A stretch of 64,000 nt of DNA from the NCBI GenBank assembly GCA_963812015.1, contig CAWETI010000003.1, forward strand, positions 1,984,001 to 2,048,000. Direction: 5' to 3'. Both the position numbers and the translations under genes were made by a program. Position 1 is the first letter of the stretch, and the number at the start of each line of letters is the position of its first letter. Below, piece by piece: positions 11,067 through 18,538 of the stretch. This DNA is from an uncultured delta proteobacterium (lineage in GTDB: Bacteria; Desulfobacterota; Desulfobaccia; Desulfobaccales; 0-14-0-80-60-11). The notes under the pieces are model-generated. The model did no database searches and was not told where the DNA came from. It worked only from the letters and a program-made list of their open reading frames with translations.

Positions 11067-12729
11067 CCTCTTGGATGAAAATCCCTTGGGCCCCGTCTAA
11101 ACGATACAGTCGATCAACGGCGAGGGCCGGATGGCGCTCATGGGTGAGAATCAAAATGGTTGCGGTACTTTTGCAAGCGTTGATGACCTCGGCAAGGAGT
11201 TTGCGTGCCCTGTCGTCGAGGTTTGACCATGGTTCATCGAGGATCATGATCGGCGATTCTCTCAAGAGCAGCCTGGCAATGCAAATCCGCTGCCTCTCAC
11301 CAGTGCTGGCCCCGATGCCGCGCGGGTCCATTACGGTTTCAATGCCCTGAGGCAAACGCGCCACAAAGTCCTTTAACTGGGCGCGTTCAAGGGCCTGGAA
11401 AATCTGTCGGTCACTCGCGTCCGGCTGCGCGATAAGGAGGTTGCCTCTCAGCGTCTCCTGGAAGATAAAGTAATTCTGGGTGACAACCCCAACTTTCCTC
11501 CGCAGCTCGGTGCGTGAAATCCGCCGGATGTCGATCCCGCCGATGGAGATGACTCCTTCCTGGGGTGCATAAAGGCGGAGGAGCAAATTGATGAGAGTGG
11601 ATTTGCCGCTTCCACTTTCGCCGCCAATGACGGTGACGGCATGGGCGGGAATGAGCAGGTGCGCCCGGTTGTAGAGCTGCCGCCCTCCCGGGTAACCGAA
11701 GGTTAGACTGGATAACTCGATGGCGACGGATTGGCTTGGCAGAGTTTCCGTGGGGTGGCTCTCTTCCGCCTCAGGGGCTTCAGCGAGAAATCCGGCCAGA
11801 TGTCGAATCCCGGTAAATTCGGTCTGCACGGTGGCCACCAACCTGGTGAGTTGGGTGACCGACATCTGCAAGAGGGTGGCATAAAAGAAAAAAAGCAAAA
11901 AAGGCTCGAGACCCATCTTACCGCGGGCGATGAGGTAATAGGCCAGGGCCACCAACCCTAAGCCGCCCAGTTGGGTGAGAAGCTCAATACCGGGGGAAAA
12001 CACCGAGAGCACCGCCCCGGCTCGTACAGAAAGCTTCTTCAGTCCGGTGGTGTGCTTCTGGAAATGTGCCGCTTGCTGCCTCTCGGCAGCCAGTACCTTG
12101 ACGGTGTCGATCCCCTGAATGGTTTCGTCGAAGACCCGCTGTATTTCGCTCCACGTGGCCCGCTGAGCCCTGGCATAAAAACCCATAATTCGGTTGAGGA
12201 CGGTCACGAGTATCGCGGTGATGCCCACGATGCCAAGGGCCGCAAGGGTAAGCGAGGCTGGGCAGAAATAAAAGAGCACGGCCGTCACCGCCAGAGCGGT
12301 GATGAGTTCGCGCCCGACACCGGGAAGAAAATCAGCGAAGAACCGCTGGGCCTGCGCAATATCACTGGTGAACTTGGTGAAAAATTCGCCGGCAGATTGC
12401 TTCTGGAAATAGAACAAGGGCAGGTGGCTTGCCTTATCGAAAAAATCGGTTTGAAGCTGCTTGAGCAGGTTGAAAGAAAAGACGGTGCCAGTATACCCGC
12501 TAATCCCTTGCAGCACTGCGATGGCCAGGAAGATCAGGGCTAGTTGCTCGAGCAAGGGCAGCCCCGAGGTCCAAAGATTGGCGTATTGGCCATTGATGGC
12601 AAGGCTTACCAGCTGTTGATAGTAGCGCGGCTGCAGCGCCATGAGCACCCCGCAGCCGAGCTGCACGATAACTAAGAGCGCCAAAGGGAAGCGATAGCGT
12701 GAGATGACGCCAGTTATCCAGGATCTCAT
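11023..12729 (-). CDS. ABC exporter (fused TMD plus ATPase), probable RiPP exporter
   Basis: Multi-TM N-terminus, GESGSGKST, degenerate signature ASTGERQR, ILDEP; ATGA overlap with the upstream rSAM gene; no C39 peptidase domain. Confidence 0.9.
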   Translation of the reverse strand: MRSWITGVISRYRFPLALLVIVQLGCGVLMALQPRYYQQLVSLAINGQYANLWTSGLPLLEQLALIFLAIAVLQGISGYTGTVFSFNLLKQLQTDFFDKASHLPLFYFQKQSAGEFFTKFTSDIAQAQRFFADFLPGVGRELITALAVTAVLFYFCPASLTLAALGIVGITAILVTVLNRIMGFYARAQRATWSEIQRVFDETIQGIDTVKVLAAERQQAAHFQKHTTGLKKLSVRAGAVLSVFSPGIELLTQLGGLGLVALAYYLIARGKMGLEPFLLFFFYATLLQMSVTQLTRLVATVQTEFTGIRHLAGFLAEAPEAEESHPTETLPSQSVAIELSSLTFGYPGGRQLYNRAHLLIPAHAVTVIGGESGSGKSTLINLLLRLYAPQEGVISIGGIDIRRISRTELRRKVGVVTQNYFIFQETLRGNLLIAQPDASDRQIFQALERAQLKDFVARLPQGIETVMDPRGIGASTGERQRICIARLLLRESPIMILDEPWSNLDDRARKLLAEVINACKSTATILILTHERHPALAVDRLYRLDGAQGIFIQEDPAAGQDAPGTLED

Positions 12730-13835
12730 GGCTCTGGGTTGGCGTGGGACTTTCTGTGCAGGTCTGCCAGGGCTCGATGGATTCTTGCAAATATGAGCTG
12801 ATAATCTTTGCAGAAAGGGTCCTTGGCCATATGGTCACCACAAAACACCAAGGCGTTGAGGGGGCACCCGCCGTGGCAGATTGACCAGTGCATACAGGTG
12901 TGACAGGCTGAAAGCGTCTCGGCTCGCCGCCGAATATCTTCACAAAAAGGTGAAGCCATCAATTCCTGGATTTCACGGTCGTGGATATTACCTAAGGGGT
13001 GGGTCTCAAACCGGCTGCACAGCACGGCATCCCCGGAGGGTTTCACTCCCAGGTGCGACCCGACACAGGTGCCTTGCTGCTGGCATTCGTAAGGCACACC
13101 ACCAAGAATTGCCTCCAGGTACAGGTCCAGAGGCGACACTGTGACCCGCTGGCGTTCCGTACTGGCCCATTCGTCGAATAAGCGGCAAAGAAATGAGCCA
13201 TATTCCCCTGGCTGAAGCAAGGATGGTGTAGAGCTCTCTGGGTTGCTTCCCGGAATCATCGGGTTAACGCGGAAACCGTACCCGAGGCCCTGAAAGTACT
13301 GGTAGATTTCCTGCTCCTGACCCAGGCTCCGCCGGCTAACGACCGCGTTGAACCCCGCTGACACGCCCTGTTCTTCCAAAAGGCGAACTTTCCCCAAAAC
13401 CGCCGCGTGGCTTCCCTGCCCATCTGCACCGATTCGCATCGAGTCGTGCAAGACTTGGGGGCCGTCGAGGCTAATACCAATCTGGAACTCGTGGTCACGG
13501 AAAAAGGCACAAAAGTCATAATCGAGGAGCAGGCTGTTGGTCTGGAGATAATGATGGAATCTCAGGTCCGAGGCAAGCCCGTCAAGAATTTTCATCGCCG
13601 CCCTGAAGAACCCGAGGCCCGCCAGGAGGGGTTCTCCCCCGTGCCAGAGGATATGGATTTCCCTGAACCCATGGCGCTCGGCATAGCGGGCCGTTTTTTC
13701 CAAAGCCGTCTGCAGCGTCTGCCGGCTCATGACGCCGGTCCCGGCACCGTCCGAATAGCAATATCGGCAGCTTAGATTGCAGCGCTTCACCGGCTCCAGG
13801 ATAAGGGTGAAGGCGTCGTTGGCATCAACCGGCAT
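12726..13835 (-). CDS. Radical SAM/SPASM peptide maturase 2 (anSME-like)
   Basis: CNLSCRYC, WHGGEPLL, SPASM cysteines (ECQQQGTC...C...CHTCMHWSICHGGCP...DPFC). Confidence 0.9.
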   Translation of the reverse strand: MPVDANDAFTLILEPVKRCNLSCRYCYSDGAGTGVMSRQTLQTALEKTARYAERHGFREIHILWHGGEPLLAGLGFFRAAMKILDGLASDLRFHHYLQTNSLLLDYDFCAFFRDHEFQIGISLDGPQVLHDSMRIGADGQGSHAAVLGKVRLLEEQGVSAGFNAVVSRRSLGQEQEIYQYFQGLGYGFRVNPMIPGSNPESSTPSLLQPGEYGSFLCRLFDEWASTERQRVTVSPLDLYLEAILGGVPYECQQQGTCVGSHLGVKPSGDAVLCSRFETHPLGNIHDREIQELMASPFCEDIRRRAETLSACHTCMHWSICHGGCPLNALVFCGDHMAKDPFCKDYQLIFARIHRALADLHRKSHANPEP

Positions 13836-15090
13836 TGGCGAGCTCCCGCCGGACGGCTTCCCGCAGGTGGTGACGGAAAGTCCTCAATCCCTCACAGAAG
13901 TACGTCTCCCCCCGGACCTCATCCCAAGCGGGGGGGAGAACGGCGTCGGCCCAGCGGTTGTCAGGCAGCCCCTCTGAGCGGGCGCGGAGCAGCATAGCAT
14001 TGTATTTCATGCAGGTGAAACACCCCCCGCCACACTGCTGGCCCCATTCACAGCCTCCACAGGCCATGTGTTTCCCGGACCGCCGAATCCTCTGCTTAAT
14101 CTTTTCCCACAGGACGGCCTTGTTCGTTAAAATGGTAGCCAGAGAATCCTGGTGGATATCTCCCAGGGCCGTCTGCTCATCATTCACCCATTGGTCACAG
14201 CTGAACACCCTGCCATTGGGGGCAAAAATAAGGCGCCGGAAGTCGCACCGTTTCTTGTGGAATGGGTCGCCCAGCTTGATTTCCGGCTGCAGGACCATCT
14301 TGACTTCTTGCCGCAATTCTTTGAAATCCACCTGCCCCTCCTGGTCCCAGAACCAGAGATCAAACAATTCGATCAGAAACCGTCCCACTTCTTCCGGCAG
14401 TGGGGCAAGGTCTGACAACCCTGAAACCTCGCCGGCCTCCGGGATCAGGTCCAGCCAGCGCACATCATAGATGTCCAGCTGGACCTCTGCTCTCAATTTC
14501 TTGAAGAATTCAAACAGGTCGAAAGCGCGGTCGATGCTCGCCCGGGTAACCACGGCAATCACTGCCACGCGGTCTGCCATGGCGTGACGGCGGTAATGTT
14601 CAATGCCACGCAGGGTGGCATCAAAAGACCCGGCGCGCGAGCCTGGAGAGCACCGGTACCGATCGTGAATCTCCTTGGGCCCATCGAGGCTGAAGCCCAC
14701 CTGAAATTGATATTCGCCGAGCAATCGAGCCATATCCTCGCTCATGAGGGTCCCGTTGGTCTGAATCCGGTTTTCAAAAGAAAGCTCAGGATACTGAGCC
14801 TCGAGACGGATGATGGCGCGAAAAAAATCGCTGCCCGCCAGCAGGGGCTCGCCGCCGTGCCAGTAGATCTGCATTACCTTGGTGAGAGGATCAACGGTCA
14901 GATTATGGGCGATGACGCGGCGCAGAATCGTCTCAACCGTAGAGAGGGCGATAATACCCCCGGAATGCTCCTGGAAGCAATACCCACACGCCAGGTTGCA
15001 GTTCCGAGTTACCTGGATTTGGGGCACCACCGGTAGACGTTTTTCCCAATCGGGACCGCATGGTTGTATAAGGGAGAGATTTTCCGTCAT
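13825..15090 (-). CDS. Radical SAM/SPASM peptide maturase 1 (anSME-like)
   Basis: CNLACGYC, WHGGEPLL, QTNG, SLDGP, SPASM cysteines (RC...FSC...CGGCEWGQQCGGGCFTC...YFC). Confidence 0.9.
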   Translation of the reverse strand: MTENLSLIQPCGPDWEKRLPVVPQIQVTRNCNLACGYCFQEHSGGIIALSTVETILRRVIAHNLTVDPLTKVMQIYWHGGEPLLAGSDFFRAIIRLEAQYPELSFENRIQTNGTLMSEDMARLLGEYQFQVGFSLDGPKEIHDRYRCSPGSRAGSFDATLRGIEHYRRHAMADRVAVIAVVTRASIDRAFDLFEFFKKLRAEVQLDIYDVRWLDLIPEAGEVSGLSDLAPLPEEVGRFLIELFDLWFWDQEGQVDFKELRQEVKMVLQPEIKLGDPFHKKRCDFRRLIFAPNGRVFSCDQWVNDEQTALGDIHQDSLATILTNKAVLWEKIKQRIRRSGKHMACGGCEWGQQCGGGCFTCMKYNAMLLRARSEGLPDNRWADAVLPPAWDEVRGETYFCEGLRTFRHHLREAVRRELANAG

Positions 15091-15182
15091 GGAAATGCAC
15101 AGGAATTTGAGGCACTGGACGTATTCTACAGTTTGGGAAAGTCTAATGCCAGGTGAGTTGCGTGATCAAAATACTGCACACT

Positions 15183-15288
15183 AGAGGCCTTTCAAAACTC
15201 TGAGCGAAGCGAAGAATCTAAATTTTCAAATACATAGACCTTTCGCTGCGCTCAGGGTGAGAGAAAAAAAGCGGTTTTGCAATGATTG
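15183..15288. repeat. Palindromic miniature element, copy 1 (partly truncated)
   Basis: TTTCAAAAC...CTGAGCGAAGCGAAG...TTTCGCTGCGCTCAG...GGTTTTGCAA; related copies at 24178 and 43723. Confidence 0.7.
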
Positions 15289-15294
15289 CTAATA

Positions 15295-15480
15295 TCACGT
15301 CCACCAATTGAACCAGTTGTGCCAGTTGGACCAGTTGTGCCAATTCCTCCAGTTGCGCCAATTCCCCCAGTTGCCCCAGAATGGGAATCCTACCCGCCTC
15401 TTCTTTTCCTGGCGGATTTCCTCCAGGAGTTCACGGAGGATCTTGTTCTTAACTTTTGTACCTTGAAGAATCCCAGCCAT
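15295..15480 (-). CDS. Putative RiPP precursor peptide, 61 aa, with a (WxN)8-WWT core
   Basis: GAGGAGG RBS before ATG 15480; MAGILQGTKVKNKILRELLEEIRQEKKRRVGFPF-WGNWGNWRNWRNWHNWSNWHNWFNWWT*; directly upstream of two rSAM/SPASM genes and an exporter. Confidence 0.85.
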   Translation of the reverse strand: MAGILQGTKVKNKILRELLEEIRQEKKRRVGFPFWGNWGNWRNWRNWHNWSNWHNWFNWWT

Positions 15481-15697
15481 GGCGTCCTCCTCACTATCTC
15501 GATCTCGGCGGAAAGGCATTTCCGTAAGTTAGGTAGTTGATTCCTTCCGGTCCTTTGATAGAGTGCCCCGGGACATTACAGGTCGCTTCCAGTTTTTGCG
15601 GAGCGTTTTTAAAATTGGCATCCGTGGTTATTCCCGGATTAGGCACCGCAATTTTCTTGGCTCTCGATTTTATCGGGTTATTCTTTCTCCCTGGATT

Positions 15698-16162
15698 CTA
15701 TTTAACAATTGGGATACATACCTTTGGCATACATTTCATGCGCCAGCGCTCCATGGCCACCAGATAATTACCTTGCTGGACCGGGCTCATTTGGGCCAAT
15801 TCCTCGTTCAGCTGATTCCTAAAAGAAGCAAACAACTTAGCCTGCGCGGCCGTGTAAGCCTTTACCAGATCTTTGACCTTCGCCTCGTCAGGCTTGGGCG
15901 CTGCTAAGGCGGCCTGCAAATCCTCCCAAGATTTCTTCGATTCGTCGACGATATCTCCGCGCATTGACGAATATTTTGCTTCCAACGCTTCAACCGCCTT
16001 TTCTTTATCCGGGGCAACCTTCAATTCTTTGAGCGTCTGCGCTTTATAGTCCTTGAGCTGTTTCCCCAGCTCCTCATCCGTCTGACCCAGGGCGGGAACC
16101 ACCAGCAGAAAGCTCAAGATGGTGGAGAGTGCCCCCAGTTTGAAAATGAGCTTACCTTTCAT
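15698..16162 (-). CDS. Periplasmic Spy/CpxP/ZraP-like helical protein
   Basis: Signal peptide (MKGKLIFK...VVPALG), helical body with LAAPKPDEAKVKDLV and LAQMSPVQQ (LTxxQ-like); AGGAGG RBS before ATG 16162. Confidence 0.7.
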   Translation of the reverse strand: MKGKLIFKLGALSTILSFLLVVPALGQTDEELGKQLKDYKAQTLKELKVAPDKEKAVEALEAKYSSMRGDIVDESKKSWEDLQAALAAPKPDEAKVKDLVKAYTAAQAKLFASFRNQLNEELAQMSPVQQGNYLVAMERWRMKCMPKVCIPIVK

Positions 16163-16932
16163 TTTATCCTCCTTTTGAAAAGATGCTGGGCATATAGTGT
16201 GCTGCACTTAGCGTACTTGAAAGGTTGCTGGTGGCAGTGGCACCTGCTTTATCCTGACGCCCTGCCTTGCCCTTACCCCGCCGCCAATCCTTGCGGTCCG
16301 TCTGTTCCCTTCCAGGTAGGATATCTATTTAAAGCACAAACTTGGTAAAGCCGTCAAGTAAATTATGGGGAAATTTCTTGCATCAGGGGCGAGAGTGTAA
16401 TCCCGGACTTTGGGTTTCCAGGGGAAAAATCTTCAGGATAGAGCGGTTGACGTGGCAGACGGTTTGGCGAATAGTGGACGCCAGGAGGATTAGGTTCGGG
16501 GCCGTCAGGCAGGGGCAGACAATTTGCCGCGGGCAATTGCAATGAATGTCTTGACCCTTCATCTAGCGAAGTTAAGAACTTCGCATATCCAGATCATCTC
16601 TAGCCCGAGATTATGCAGCAACCTTGGCCTCCGCAATCCAAAGAAGGTTTTTGGGACCTCTTGCCCAGAAAACATCCCCCAAAGTTTCTGTTCTTGAAGC
16701 CGAATTCTCTCGTCGACCCCATGATAGCAAAAGTTTCCTTGAAAAAATCGATAGCCATATCTGTCTCCCAGGGAAGCGATTTCTGTACAAGTTTTGTACA
16801 AAATGCCTTCCCTGGATAAATTATAATATATTGTTATTATTTGTAAATATCCGGGGGGAAATGGGGCTTTCGAATGGCTAAAAAGGGCCCCTGAAGTGCA
16901 GCAGCCATCAACCTCTGGGCAGGGACTCTTTT

Positions 16933-16977
16933 ATGGCATTCAAGGGGTCAGAGGTTCAAGTCCCCTCAGCTCCACCA
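16933..16977 (+). other. 3' half of tRNA-Ala(GGC): candidate att site (island boundary)
   Basis: ATGGCATTCAAGGGGTCAGAGGTTCAAGTCCCCTCAGCTCCACCA has anticodon loop, T-arm and CCA end, but no D-arm or 5' acceptor strand. Confidence 0.8.
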
Positions 16978-16995
16978 GATTTTAGAAAGAATTAT

Positions 16996-17036
16996 GAGGG
17001 GTTGGCAATCGAGCGGTTGTCGGCCCCTTTTCCTTT
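16996..17036 (+). terminator. Intrinsic terminator after the tRNA fragment
   Basis: GAGGGGTTGGCAATC-GAGC-GGTTGTCGGCCCCTTTT hairpin with T tract. Confidence 0.65.
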
Positions 17037-17155
17037 TGGGTCCATGTATAGCTTTTCTGTACCACGGGGCGAAATTGTTGGAGAATTAAGGAGTTCCGTG
17101 ATAAGGCGGGTAGTCTCGGTTGACGTGCATATGGAGAGGGCGGGCTTTTTAAGCC

Positions 17156-17184
17156 TTGACAAGAAAATATGGCAGAGCTATATT
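17156..17184 (+). promoter_or_regulatory. Sigma70 promoter of the ArsR gene
   Basis: TTGACA-17 nt-TATATT. Confidence 0.6.
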
Positions 17185-17191
17185 AATTGCA

Positions 17192-17602
17192 ATGGTTCGC
17201 AATAATGAAAAAAAGGGGCGACAGGGCCCCATCCAAAGTTCTCCAGCCGAGGCGGAGCTTTGGGAGATGCAGGCCGATATTTGCCAGACCCTGGCCAATC
17301 CCAAGAGACTGCAGATTATCAATCTGTTAAAAGAACAAGAACTTTCTGTGGGCGCGATGGTGAAGGCCATGGGAGTGGCCAAGGCGAATTTATCCCAGCA
17401 TCTGAGCGTGATGCGACAAAAAGGTATTTTGGCGACCCGCCGAGAGGGCACCACTATCTACTATCGGCTATCCATCCCTTATATCACCGAAGCCTGCGCG
17501 ATCATGCGCGAGGTACTGCTGGAAGTGCTGAGCGGCAGGGGCAAGTTTAGCCAGAGTTTTCTGAGTGCCGCAAACCAAGCGGAGGACGTGAAAGTTAAGT
17601 AA
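17192..17602 (+). CDS. ArsR/SmtB-family transcriptional regulator
   Basis: CQTLANPKRLQII, NLSQHLSVMR, RREGTTIYYRL; start uncertain (17192 or 17267). Confidence 0.88.
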   Translation: MVRNNEKKGRQGPIQSSPAEAELWEMQADICQTLANPKRLQIINLLKEQELSVGAMVKAMGVAKANLSQHLSVMRQKGILATRREGTTIYYRLSIPYITEACAIMREVLLEVLSGRGKFSQSFLSAANQAEDVKVK

Positions 17603-17684
17603 GTTCAGCCATGGGACCGATTTTTTTTGCCTCTTTTGTTGCATTATTTCTAATTAATTAAATAATCTGAGTGGAGTTGATTGC

Positions 17685-18461
17685 ATGGCACCAAAAGCTT
17701 ACCAAACCGTAATTAACCGGGCTTTGATCCTTGAACCGATGCATGGTGCAATCATCGTGGACCGCAAGGAAAGAAAAGCGCAGGCGGCGCGGTTCCAAAA
17801 GACCCGCCGGATTAAACAGCTCTTTATGGGGACGGCGTTTCTGATCCTCCTGGCCGCAGGGTGGTTATACCCCCTGATCGGCTATTTTATCCCGGTTTGC
17901 ATGGTCCTGGGCATTGGCATGGCCGCCTTCCAGGGGAGGTCATGGTGTAACTGGCTCTGTCCCCGGGGCTCTTTTGAGGACACCTGGCTGGCCAAAATCA
18001 GCCGCGGCCGACCAATTCCCCAAGTCTTTCGCTCAACCCGCCTGCGCGTCGTGGTCATGACCTTCCTGATGGGGATGTTGACCTGGCAAATTCTTCGGTT
18101 GTGGCCGACCCCCTGGGCTATCGGCGGTTTTTTCGTCCTGCTGCTCTCCATTACCACTGCGGTGGGAGTAGGTTTAGGCATTATCTTTCACCAGCGGACC
18201 TGGTGTTATATCTGTCCCATCGGCACCATGTCAAACTGGGTGGGGAAAAACCGGCGTCCGCTGACCGTAGCCGTGGAAAGATGTACGCAATGTAACCTAT
18301 GTGCCCAAAAATGCCCCATGCAGCTTTCCCCCGCGGCAATTAAGGGGCAGTCATCCATGCAGCACGGGGGTGACTGTCTCAAGTGCAGGGTCTGCGTGGA
18401 GAGCTGCCCCAAGGCGGCTCTGGCTTTTCAAAGGGGATCCCTCGGCCGTGAAGCCGCCTGA
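17685..18461 (+). CDS. Membrane-bound 4Fe-4S binding protein (NapH/YccM-like)
   Basis: TM helices, WCNWLCPRG and WCYICPIG motifs, two C-terminal CxxCxxCxxxCP. Confidence 0.85.
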   Translation: MAPKAYQTVINRALILEPMHGAIIVDRKERKAQAARFQKTRRIKQLFMGTAFLILLAAGWLYPLIGYFIPVCMVLGIGMAAFQGRSWCNWLCPRGSFEDTWLAKISRGRPIPQVFRSTRLRVVVMTFLMGMLTWQILRLWPTPWAIGGFFVLLLSITTAVGVGLGIIFHQRTWCYICPIGTMSNWVGKNRRPLTVAVERCTQCNLCAQKCPMQLSPAAIKGQSSMQHGGDCLKCRVCVESCPKAALAFQRGSLGREAA

Positions 18462-18538
18462 AGCGGGTTTGGGGTGGCAGGTGAGAAAAATTTACCGTAT
18501 TACGCAAAACTTTGACTTTATTGAGATATTGAGTGTAT

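Noticed and set aside
12726..15090. Anaerobic sulfatase maturases
   Set aside because: No sulfatase gene nearby; the adjacent W-rich small ORF and exporter favour peptide modification
15295..15385. 9-bp periodic repeats as a CRISPR array, or as the Pro/Val-rich plus-strand ORF 15286-15540
   Set aside because: No spacers or cas genes; the periodicity is explained by WxN codons on the minus strand, which has a strong RBS and operon context
16900..16977. Complete tRNA gene
   Set aside because: No D-arm or 5' acceptor strand complementary to the 3' end; only the 3' half is present
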